NCBI RefSeq assembly: GCF_036321535.1
Contig: NC_087437.1
Location: 119,166,001 to 119,230,000 of the forward strand
Length of the DNA: 64,000 nucleotides
Direction: 5' to 3'
Source: Camelus dromedarius
Taxonomy: Eukaryota
Within the stretch, counting starts at the first letter, position 1; each line of letters begins with the position of its first letter. The translations under genes and the position numbers were made by a program. The notes under the pieces were generated by a model that had not been told where the DNA came from, did no database searches, and was given only the letters and a program-made list of their open reading frames with translations. Below, piece by piece: positions 52,801 to 64,000 of this stretch.

Positions 52801-53109
52801 CTGCGGAAAGAGCAGGCGGTCACCCAGTCATCTCACGACCAGGCGCCCGAGCGAAAGGGCTCCTCCGTGTCCCCGAGATGAAGCAAAGCCGGCGTCGCTG
52901 GGGCTCCGGGAGGTCCGGGAGGACACTCGTTGTTCTCTTTGCTGATCTCAGGGGTCAGTCATGCTCCTTATTTTAAAAAACGGTTATAAGTGAAACACGT
53001 GCAACATAGAAGCACGTTAACATTTCTGCACTCACCCTATCCATCTTTTTCCCTAAACATACAGACAGATGTTTTTTTCTTTCTTGTGTAACATTTGATT
53101 TTTCTTTTA

Positions 53110-54260
53110 ATTAAAAAGTCTTCAAGTAGATAGAAATGTCTGAGAAGAATGAAGGAAAGCTATGGAATAACAGAGAAGGACGACTTGCACTCGCAGACGT
53201 CAAGCTCCAAAAGCTGCAGTAACAGAGACCCCGCAGAAACGCATCCCCTCGCTCCAGAACGCCTACCACGCTGCTGTTCGTGACGGCCCCAGACTGGAAA
53301 CTACCCCAGTATCCGGCAGCGTCTAACAGCGCCCCCGATGGAGGTGCAGTCACACATGCGGTACTGCAGGGCGACGAGCGCAAACGATACACGCGCACGT
53401 GCGACCACGGAGGGATCTCACCGACACGACGCTGAGTGAGAGAAACACAGAAAAACACATGCACTTCACTGCGTGAGTCCTCCTTTTAAAGTAGCAAAAC
53501 AGGCAGAACTCAGCTACGCCGTTTGTGGGCACAATTCTCAGATGACCCCCAGCGAGTCATGCCCTGCATAATCCCCTCATCCTGAGCGCAGGCGGCACCT
53601 GTGACTTGCTTCCAGCCAGCGGAATACGGCAAAGGTGATGCGATGTCAAAGGGTAGATTATATAGGACCCCCTCTTAGCACGCTGGAGCGAGAGGGTCTC
53701 CTCCTGGCCTCGAAGAAGCCAGCTTCCACGTGTGAGGGGCCACATGGCACAGAACCACAGGGCTCCTAGGAGCTGAGAGCAGCCCTGGCCCACAGCCAGC
53801 AAGGGACGGAGGATCTCAGTCGCACAGCCATAAGGGACCGAGTTTTGCCAACAACTGCAGGAAACTGGAAGAGGATCTGGAGCTCCAAGAAGGACACTGT
53901 CAGGCCCAGACCTTGATGATAGCTTGGGAGACCCCAAGCAGGGGACCCAGTGAAGCCTGGATGGACTGACAGACACCATGAGGTCACTGTGCACTGGTTT
54001 ACACTGCTAGGTTTGTGGGCATTACTTGCAAGCTTAGCTCACACACGGTAGTAGTCAGGGGCGTGGTTACCCTTAGCGGGGGCTGCAGGGAGTTAGTGGA
54101 AGGGGCCAGGAGGGCCTCTGGGGAACTGACCCTGTTCTGTTGGTGAGCTGGGTGCTGAGTGCCCAGAAATGGTCAGTGTGTGAGAGCTTCAGTGAGCTGG
54201 ATGCTTCCAACATGTGCACCTTTCTGCACATTTTACCTCAATTACATTTTTTAAACAAAC
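53110..54260 (+). mobile_element. L1ME-like 3' region split by an LTR at 53525-54030
   Basis: gccccagactggaaactacccca...; resumes with gtggttaccctt...tgtgcacctttctgcacattttacctcaat. Confidence 0.65.
53525..54030 (+). mobile_element. MaLR LTR (MLT1E/F-like)
   Basis: ataatcccctcatcctgagcgcaggc...gtgacttgcttccagcc, ggccacatggca, ctcagtcgcacagccataaggga...ttttgccaacaac. Confidence 0.8.
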
Positions 54261-54789
54261 AAGATCTATTTTTAAAAATCTCAATAAAAGCCTTGTTTAA
54301 ATATTATAGCTTTTGTTTTGAACTCTTAGAAACTGAATCTGGCTGGATACTTGCTGATGAAATGTGTCAAACTGCTGGCTGTGCTGGTGTCCACGCCATC
54401 ATCCCGTGGGGTCCAGAGTGGCTGTGGAGCTGAGTGCTGACCCTGGCCATGACTCTGGCTCTGCCCCTGACGGCTCCAGGGCCCTCCCAGTCCCTTGTCA
54501 CCTCTGGTGTAAATGTCCCCACTATGGGGATCGAGCCCATCCCCCCCCTGCTCAGAGGGACAGGACACTGACAGGACTTGACCTCTACCAGGACCACAGA
54601 CCTACTGGAAATCTCCCAACTTGTGGGGGTGGACGTGACTTCAGATATTGGTCTGTGGCACCCCAAGGGTGACTGGATGGTTGCAAACTGAGGCCAAATC
54701 TGCCACTTACTGTAAATCTGCTCTCTGCCAGGAACTCTGATAATAATCAAACCAGTTAATCCTTCATTACTGTCAGGATGCATCAGGCT

Positions 54790-54990
54790 CGATTCTGTGC
54801 ACTTACCATATTAACTAGTTTAATCCTCGCAACCACCTTGAACATCTTCATCCCCATTTTACAGACGAGGAAACTGAGGCACAGAGAAATGAATTAGCAT
54901 GTGTAGGGTCACACAGCTGATAAGCGGCAGAGCCAAGAGTCAAATCTGGGCGTTAGGGTTCCAGGGTCTGCATCAGACCCGCTCTGCCGT
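54790..54990 (-). mobile_element. MIR SINE
   Basis: atccccattttacagacgaggaaactgaggcacagaga...gggtcacacagctgataagcggcagagcca. Confidence 0.85.
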
Positions 54991-55094
54991 CATCTTTCTC
55001 CTACTGTAGTAGGTTCTTTTCTTTTCCATTGATGCACAGTCGGTTTACAAGGTTGTGCTAACTTCCAGTGTGCAACAGGTTCTTGATATCTTGT

Positions 55095-55470
55095 TTTTAA
55101 ACTGAGGTGAATTCACACAACACACATTTAAGCCTTCTGAGGTACGCGTTGCAGTGGTATTTAGCATATACACAGCGTTGTACAACCACCACCTCAATCT
55201 AGTGTCGTATTTCCATCACCCTTACTCATCACAGTCACTCCCCCATTTCCCCGCCAACAGCCCCTGTCAACCACAATTCTGTTTTCCACCTGCGTGGGTT
55301 TTCCTATTCTTCATATTTCATAGAAATAGGATCATATGACATGTGGCTTCTTTCACTGAGCATGTGTTCGAGGCTCATTCATGTTCTAGTGTGTGTCAGT
55401 ACTCCACTCCTTTTCATGGCTGAATAATATTCCATTGTGTGGGTGACATGTACTACATTTTGTTTATCTA
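55095..55470 (-). mobile_element. L1MB-like 3' end, antisense
   Basis: cagtggtatttagcatatacacagcgttgtacaaccaccacc, cttttcatggctgaataatattccattgt. Confidence 0.8.
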
Positions 55471-56329
55471 CTTTTATTCTTTTTACCCCCCACAATTTCT
55501 CCTCACTTCACAGAGGAGGGAACCAAGGGTGAACGATGAGTTTGGGGGGCACTCAGACGGCAGAGTTCATCACAACTTAGATCTGCAGAGCAGCTGACGT
55601 GGGAGCCTCCCTTGGCAGCTGTCCTCCTCCCTGACGCCGTCTCACCCTCCAGGGGTCCTGGAGGGCCAGCTGCTGACCCCACAGGACCCTGCTGCTAGGG
55701 GCTGACTTAATCCTACGGAATTGCCTCATTGAGAAAGTCGTGCTCCTCATTAACGTGAGGGGCATGTGGTTAGAGACACATACGGGGCGTGGTGGGGAGC
55801 AAGGTGCGAGGAGCGGACGTAGCCACTGGGTGGGTACGAACAGGGGGATCAGGGCGGTTCTGCCAAAAGAAACCCAGGACAGATGAACAAAAACTAAAGA
55901 AATAAGCGAGCAGAGTGCAGGGATGCGTGGGGTGGAAGGCAGAGGGATGGAGACTGGAATTCTGAGTATGACCTCTGTAATTTTGACTTTTGAACCATGT
56001 TAATATTCTGCACATTCAGCAAAGATGGGGACAAACCTGAAACTGCACGAATGGAAGCAAATGCCTGCACCTGCTCACATGGACCACGTCAGGCTGGTAA
56101 CATAGCCACACAGAGGAAAGCACTTAATTGGAGTAGTTTTTGAGCACAGAGCCCAGTCCCCCCTCGGTGGGACACATTCCAACAGGAAGACCAGTGGAGC
56201 AGCCCTGAACTTCGGTGGCTTTGATGTCAGTAGCAGTGGGGGAGCAGTTTACAAAGCCGGTCCGTGTATACCGCCAGCTCGAAAAACCAACGGGATGTGG
56301 GAGAAAGGGGATGCACACGTGGGGGGAAG

Positions 56330-57339
56330 AAGAAAAGAAAACAAACAGTACAATCAACATCACCACCTCAGTCCACGACGGGCAGAGGGCCTAACCACGC
56401 ACTTCTCCAAAGAAGACACACAGACGGCCAGCAGGCGCGTGAAACAATGCTCAGTGTCGCTAATGACCAGAGACATGCAAATCAAAGCTACGATGAGGTA
56501 TCACCTCACACCAGTCAGAATGGCTATCATTCAAAAGCCCACAAACAATAAACGCTGGAGAGGCTGTGGAGAAAGGGGGACCCTCCTACTCTGTTGATAG
56601 GAATGTAGTTTGGTGCAGCCACTGTGGAAAACAGTATGGAGATTCCTCAAAAAACTAAAAATAGACTTACCATATGATCCAGCAATCCCACTCCTTGGCA
56701 TATATTTGGAAGGAATTCTAACTCAGAAAGATGCATGCACCTAAATGTTCATTGCAGCACTATTTACAACAGCCAAGACATGAAAGCAACCTAAATGTCC
56801 ACTGACAGATGACTGGATAAAGAAGCTGTGAAATATATATATATACATATTTATACAATGGAATACTACTCAGCCATAAAAAAGAACGAAATAATGCCAC
56901 TTGCAGCAACATGGATGGACCTGGAGATCATCATTCTAAGTGAAGTAAGCCAGAAAGAGAAAGAAAAATACCATATGATATCATTTATATGTGGAATCTT
57001 TTTAAAGAAAAGGGACACAAATGAACTTATTTACAGAACAGAGACAGACTCACAGACACAAAACAAACCTATGGTTACAAGGAAGGAAGGGGGGTGGGAA
57101 AGGATAAACTGGGAGTTCAGGATTTGCAGATACTACTGTATATAAAATAGATAAACAACAAGGTCCTACTGTACAGCTCAGGGAACTACATTCAGTACCT
57201 TGTAATGGCCTATAATGAAAAAGAGTATGAAAAGGAATATATATACATGTATAAATAAATCGCTCTGCTGTACACCAGAAATAACACAACATTGTAAATC
57301 GACTACACATCAATTTAAAAAAAAAGATAATAAAATAAA
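56330..57339 (+). mobile_element. 5'-truncated artiodactyl/camelid L1 (ORF2 C-terminus plus 3'UTR and A tail)
   Basis: Peptides HFSKED...[19 protein letters not shown] and YTMEYYSAIKKNEIMPLAATWMDLEIIILSEVSQ; ends in an A-rich tail. Confidence 0.93.
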
Positions 57340-58193
57340 CCAGAGACTAGAGAAACAACATGTGTGCTTTGTATAACTAAACGGTCAGGCAATAATTTCA
57401 ATTCGATATATGCAAGTGAAAAGAATCACCATTCAAATTTCTTAGTCTCAAAAAAAAACTGCATCTGCCCATATCTGTATGAAGGCATGAACGGTTAAAA
57501 TATTTATGGACAAATTATTAAATTCGCATATTTCAGCTGTGTGATAGTTCTGGGGCCAAATAAGAGTCTGAAATAGAATAGAATTTCAAGGAAATATCAT
57601 AGAAGCCACTGCAAAGGAAGAACCTAAAAACCTCAGCCTTTGGGGTAAACGATGTCACGTGGCCTTGCCGGCAGCGGCACCCATGTGACTTGGCAGGCTC
57701 ACTCCTGCTCCCAGTGTCCCTTCCTCAAACACCCAAGACCACGGGGAGCAGGGAGACCCCCTTCGGATTACAGAAGCAGCTCTGCAAAAGCCATGGAGAG
57801 AGAGCAGGCGGCGCCCTTGGGAGCCAGGGCTTGGGCTCAGCCTGAGCTGAAACTGAAGCGTCCCCACAGTAAAGGATGGCCAGGTGTGACAGGAGGTCAA
57901 GGAAAGCCCAGGTCCCATCACCATGATAGTTCTCAACCTCCGCTGCATGCGGATGCTTAGAAAATTCCCAGTCCAATGAGACCTGCCCGGGGGGCGGGGC
58001 AGCTTCCAAAAGCTGCCAGGTGACTGAGTGCAGGTGCAGTCCAGGTGAGAGCCTGGCCTTAAACCCATGGAAGTCCCTGTCCCCCCCCCCACACACACAC
58101 ACTCTGTCCCACCACTGCCCTGCCTGCTCCCAGGGATCACACATCACAGATGCACCCGTCAGAGGTCCCATGTCCCAGAGCAGGCGGTCATCA

Positions 58194-58331
<138 letters not shown>

Positions 58332-58844
58332 CTATTTCAGAGAGAGAGAGAGAGATTATCAGAGGCCTGCTCTCTCCACCGGAACCTCTCCGTGTCTGTG
58401 TGTGTTTCTTAGACACCTGTTTCTCCCCGCCCCCTGGCAGACTGTGTGCTTTCAAAATGGACAGGAGAGCCCCGAATCCCCTGGCCTGCCCCGCACCATG
58501 GACCCCACCCCGTCCCTGCCGGCGCCTTCCTCTGCCTCCACCTACCACTCAGGCAGGAACCTCAGGGTCGGGGCTGAGGGCCAGATGCCACAAAATCCCA
58601 CAGCCTCTTACATGACGAACCCTCTGCTTTGCAGCTGTCTTCTGAGAGCATCACCAAGGTGGAGCAGAGACAGAGGGACAAACATAGGGGAGCCGGCATG
58701 CCCTGTTCAGCCTCAGACTCCTGTGGTCCCCGAGGGCTGGGGACACAGCACCCCAGCTCCTATACTCTCTTCCCTGGGCTGCTGGACAACTTCCAACTGG
58801 ACTCTGATCCCTCCTAACGCCCCATCCAGCCCTACACACCTGTC

Positions 58845-59346
58845 ATGACAATGACAGAGTAACATGCCCCCAGTGATGTCCGCACCTCTGTCCTTGGAAC
58901 CTGTGAACCTGTCACCTTGCCTGGAAAAAGGGACTTTGAAGATGTGATTGGGGTGAGGACCTGGAGGTGGGGAGACAGTCCTGGGTTATCCCCGTGGGCC
59001 CCATGGAAGGATATGAGCCTTTAGAAGGAAGAGCCCGCCAGGGAGATGTGACTTGCAGGCGGAGGGGGTCACCAGGACCCCAGGAGTGATGTTGCCCCTA
59101 CTAGCTGGAAACCGCCCTCAGCTGACAGCCTGTAAGGAGTCGGGCCTCAGTCCTACAACCCTAAGGAGCTGAGTTCTGCCAACAGTGGGGGAGCAAGAAA
59201 CAGATTCTCCCCCAGAGCTCCTGGAAAGGAAGGCGGCCCACCGGCCCTTGGTTTCAGCCTGTGCTGGACATCAGACCTCCAGAAACGTGTGCTCTTTTCA
59301 GCTAAGTTTGCGGAAGTTTTCTCCAGCGGCCAGAGCAGACTAACAC
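58845..59346 (+). mobile_element. MaLR LTR (MLT1D-like)
   Basis: ggaacctgtgaacctgtcaccttgcctggaaaagggactttgaagatgtgatt, cctcagtcctacaacc...gaaacagattctcccccagagc. Confidence 0.85.
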
Positions 59347-60796
59347 ACCTCCCTTCTTTCTTTGGCTGGAGACTCTTTCTAAAGCCCAAATCTCGACTCT
59401 TCACCCCCCCATCCCTCCACCACCGCCCAGGAGAAGAGAAGGGGAAGACTGCTCCAGGCGTGATTTCTGGGTCCTCGGGACGCCCGACTCAGGCCCACAA
59501 CCGGGTAAAGGAAACGACGCTGCACCTTGCCCTGTGGTTCCGGGCGACTCCAGCAGCGGGGCTCTTTGATTTCGCTGCCACCATCCCGAAGTCCCGCCCA
59601 CCACGTGGGGGACAAGGGGCAGCTGCTGGTTTCTTTTTGCACCTTTTGTCTGAGAAACAACAGAAGAGGGGACTGCCTCCTGCCTGAAGCATCAATAATT
59701 TACCAGCCTCTAGCAGCCGCTTCTGCTTGGAGAGGTAATCCCCAGGATGCGTTTAACCGTGTTAAGAAACCAAAGATACAGTTGTGTTACCTGCATCTGG
59801 GCTGCGTGAAATGGCACACAAACAGCATCTCAGAAACGACAGTTCCTCAGTGAATGGACTCACCCCACCCCCCAAGCTGTGTCATGTTGGGAACGTGTGT
59901 CCCACACTTCAAAATTAGCTTTTAATCACACTGCCCCCCAGGCTGGGGGGAGCAGGACGGCTTTGGCAGCTGACAAGCCCACGAGGTCAGCTGGACCTCT
60001 TGGATTCTAGACTCTCAGAAAGGGAGTGTTACTGGAGTGGGGGTGGGAGGCTAGGCTTCAGAAGAAAGCCATTTAGGGAGCCAGAAATTCTCGTTTGCAC
60101 TGGTTATTTAAACCCGTGTCTTTTTAAGGAAAGCCTACAGAATATCATTCTCCCTTGTGGCTGACAATCCTGTATGCCTTGGGCTCATCCCCCAAACCAG
60201 CAGCCAAGCACAAGGACAGAGGAGAGCAGACACCAGCCTGAATTGGCAGTGACCCCTAAAACACACCCAGAAATTCACAAATTTTACACACCCGAAAAGC
60301 GAGAGCTTCACGTGTGAGACACACAGTTACCTGATGGTTCGAGCATTCAGAAGTTTCACTAGTAAGTCTACTATAATTACTATATACGTCTCTATTTAAT
60401 ATATATTTTATATACGACTCATATGTAATTATTAATATTATATATAAAATATACGTCAATTATAAGTCACATGTGTTTATTATAATTATTATAATAATGT
60501 CTATTATTCACTAAATAATAGTAATACTCATCTGTTAACTTATAAACATTTTAAGGGGTCTTTTAAAGTTGACTTTTTCAAAAACTAAAAGGAGGAACGT
60601 CAAGTCCAGCCCCTAAGCTGGTTTTCCAAGCTGCAGCAGACTTCTGAGGTCCAGCACCTGACTCTGAAACAGAACCGCTTTCCTCACCTCAAATGCCATT
60701 TACATTAACTGAACAGTCACCAACATTTGATACATTTCAATGCCTTGAAAAATACCACACCCCCGTATTTGATAGGTAGGAAACCCCTGAATTCAT

Positions 60797-61035
60797 TATA
60801 TATGCACATACATACGTGTGTATATGCGTACATGTGTGTGCATATATGTGTGTATATATGTGTGCGTATATGTGTGCATGTGTATGTGTGCATATATGTC
60901 TGTACATATGTGTGCGTGTATGTGTGTGCGTACATGTGTGCATATGTGTGAGTATGTGTGTGTATATGTGTGTGCGTATATGTATGTGTGTATGTGTGCA
61001 TATATGTGTCCATACACACGTACATATACATATAC
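60797..61035. repeat. Cryptic (TG/TA/CA) microsatellite
   Basis: ~240 bp of tgtgtgcatatatgtg variants. Confidence 0.92.
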
Positions 61036-61184
61036 CTATTACGTGCACACTGTTTTATTTCCTACAGATACAATACAGAAGGTGACAGCTTGAAAATTAT
61101 GAAATGAACGGTAACAAAACGGGTGTTCCCAGTCCCGTGATTGCACCACGCTCACCCTACAGCTTTCTGGGAACAGTTTTCCTA

Positions 61185-61355
<171 letters not shown>

Positions 61356-61934
61356 TCACGTGAGCGAGAGGAGAGCTGGTACCACACACGTCTTCATCTC
61401 ACTGAACAAAATAACCTGCACTTCATACATCAGCCAGGACAGGAATTTAGAGTTTCAAACTTGGATCAACATCCGGGTTCCCATCTTTCCTATTATGCAG
61501 GAGTCTGAAAGCTGGAAACAATACTTCAAATCTTTTCTTCCAGATGGATTTCTTGCCCAAATCTACTTAAAGTCTTTCCCACACATAAAGATTTTTTTCT
61601 TTAAATATTTCTTTGCTTTATTTCTCCACACAGTTGATTTTAAATTCCCCAGACATTTCATATTCATATGGAGTGAAAGCCATTGGCCATCCTCTCTCCC
61701 TAAAAAAAAAAATGGGACTTCAAAAGAAAATAAGTTACGGCTGTCACAAATGGAAAATAAAAAATGTACCTAGAACACAAGAAATTGTTTCTATCTAAAT
61801 AATTTTTAACCTGTCTCGGTTTTTCAAAGATGGGGATAATTCAAAGGACATATGAAATACTAAACACTTACAAAATAATGCAGCCTCCACAAAAGCAGAG
61901 TGTAAAAGGAGCTCATTTAACGGCCCAGGAGACG

Positions 61935-62051
61935 GGGCAGGGATAGGTAACTAGGTATGTATGTATTTACTTACAGAGGAGGCACTGGGGATTGAACCCA
62001 GGACCTCATGCATCTTAAGCACGCGCTCTACCACTGAGCTACACCCTCCCC
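61935..62051 (-). mobile_element. Camelid tRNA-derived SINE (Vic-1 type)
   Basis: ggcactggggattgaacccaggacctcatgcatcttaagcacgcgctctaccactgagctacaccctcccc. Confidence 0.9.
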
Positions 62052-63075
62052 GCAGCAAAGCATTTTAGAGGGACGATTGTGACAGCTGTAACCGCACGGC
62101 GAGTCCCTCTACAGGAGCGGACCTTACAGAATGAGGGGTCGGCCACCCTCCTGGCAGGACGCCAAGCAAGCCCAGTGTGGGATGACTTCCAGGCCAGGTG
62201 CCAGGCTGGGAGGAAGGGTCGGGGGGGGGGACGGGGGAGGGGGCCCGGCAGGTGGCCAGGGTGTCTGGCCAAAGCTGAGTAATCAGGAGGCTGAGAGTAA
62301 GGCAGGACAGACCCCGCATTCCCGAGCACTGGACGGTGTCACTTGAGAAGGAAGGAAGGAAGGAAAAAATTCTTTAATTCCTTAGTGGATTTATCAGAAT
62401 CTAAACTGGCAGGGAGAAAGATGATCAAAATAGTCACTTTGTCAGGGTAACAGCTACTTCACCACGTCTGGCTGGAACGCGTTCGCCCCCCCGCCCCCTT
62501 GTGGTCCCTGCCTAACCCCTCCCAGCCCCACCTGCACCGAGGCCCGCATCTCTCCACTCGGGCCCACCTGCCCCTCCAACAGAAACCTGACTGCACCACA
62601 CTAGGCCCCCAGCGAGGGGTCCATCTCCAACGTCCACCATAAAAGACCTCGACAGCAGAGTTAGAGAGAAAATCTTGCCTTCTCTTGATACCAGCAAAAA
62701 ATTGCACAACCCATACTTTCTTTAAGGTCGCTCTCGGAGGACTGGTTTATGTGGATTAGCTACAAATCTTCATGGTGGTGCTGCATCTCCAGAGGGCATC
62801 AGAGGTTGGAACAGAAAAATGTTTTTCTAAGAAATGTCATCTATTCATTTTAAAAATAAATGCTCTATAAACAGTCCTTTTTGGAGGAATGTACTTTAAT
62901 GCCAGATGAGTTACACACACCAATGACATGACACAGAGAAAATTCTCTGTCCTTTGTCTCAACAGGCCGGGCCATTTTACTGCTTAAAGTCAAAAACCAG
63001 GCAGTGACTGGTTAAAAGCCAATAAATACAAAAACAAGCAGATTTTAAAAGACTTTAAAACTACCGGAATGTGGA

Positions 63076-63216
63076 GGGGAGGGTGTAGCTCGGTGGTAGA
63101 GCGCATGTTTACCTTGGTCCTGGGTTCAATCCCCAGTACCTCCATTAAGATAAAACATAATCCTACCCACCCCTCCCCCGCAAAACAACAACAAAAACAA
63201 ACAAAAAGCAATAAAA
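63076..63216 (+). mobile_element. Camelid tRNA-derived SINE (Vic-1 type)
   Basis: ggggagggtgtagctcggtggtagagcg...gtcctgggttcaatccccagtacctcc, then a C-rich segment and A-rich tail. Confidence 0.88.
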
Positions 63217-64000
63217 TTTCTAGAGTGCAAGCCTCCAAAAGTCACAATTACCATTCACATCACGTTGGGAAAGGAAGTGCACTCACTGGAAATGGGACAC
63301 CTAAAGGTCCAAATGTCCTTTCATGGAGACCCCGAGGGTCTCCCCCGGCCCCACGGCTTCCCGGCCCTCTAAGTCACATCTGTCATCCAGACCATCCGCT
63401 CCTCCAGTGTTCAGCTGGAGCCGCCAACTGAAACAGCGATCTGATCCCACCTCAGCGTTCAGCACAGCCGCGCTGCTGCCACTCCTCCTGCGAGTCCAGC
63501 CGGAGAGACAGTGATCAGGGCCCGAACCTCCCCAGGGCCAGCCTCGGCCCTGCCACCCCGAGAGTAGTAATGTCCCATTTGTCACATGGACGGGAACAAA
63601 ATGGAAAGGAGGTTTAAAAAATAATCTCTTTGAGCGCATTAAGGTGTTACCCACAGTGGGGGTCAAATCCCCTCAGCCCATGCAAACAGTGGCAAGGACC
63701 TCGCCATCCCCAGGGGTCCCCTCTCGGAACTGCAGAAGGCAGGGCCACCCTTCCAGCTACGGCCACAACATCCAGGGTTGACTTGTATCCAAATACGGAC
63801 CAATAGGTAGAGACCCTGACCTGGACCCTAGAGGGTTCCCACCCCAAACACAGCCGTGCTTACAAGGACCCCTCCTGAAGTCCACGAGTTACCTCCGCAG
63901 AGCCGCCCGGTGACATGGAGCTGTTTGACGCGGCTGCTAACCCTTTGGTGCGGAGCTTCCCACAGACACCGTCTGATGCGGGTACTGGATTTTTAAAGTT

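Noticed and set aside
56295..57145. L1 ORF2-like ORFs
   Set aside because: 5'-truncated and interrupted by stops; recorded as a mobile element, not a gene
60717..61093. His/Thr- and Cys/Val-rich ORFs (also 7710-8067)
   Set aside because: Translations of microsatellites
63076..63145. tRNA-Ala-like sequence (also 12275-12351 and 61975-62051)
   Set aside because: Degenerate arms, SINE tails and a TSD at one copy show these are retroposons, not tRNA genes

Overview
Mammalian genomic DNA, GC-rich, almost certainly camelid, judging from three copies of a tRNA-headed SINE of the Vic-1 type. It holds two minus-strand genes in tandem. C2CD2 exons 3-14 (61331->31468, ~3.7 kb 3'UTR) are followed ~5.4 kb downstream by the CpG-island promoter and first ten exons of PRDM15 (PR/SET domain plus first C2H2 zinc fingers; the gene runs off the left edge). 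All 21 coding exons have GT-AG boundaries and chain in frame. Exon numbers and human comparisons are from memory of the orthologues, not from an alignment. The rest is intronic/intergenic DNA with L1, MLT1/MLT2 LTR, MIR and hAT (MER) relics; family calls are by eye. I see no prokaryote-type system and no new protein-coding gene. The most interesting structures are: (i) a 31-bp minisatellite built from the PRDM15 exon-7 splice donor, forming a ladder of cryptic donors with one in-frame option; (ii) a ~275-bp local templated duplication inserted into an L1 with microhomology; (iii) an in-frame upstream ATG inside a ZNF143/THAP11 promoter motif; (iv) apparent AT->GC drift of old repeats.
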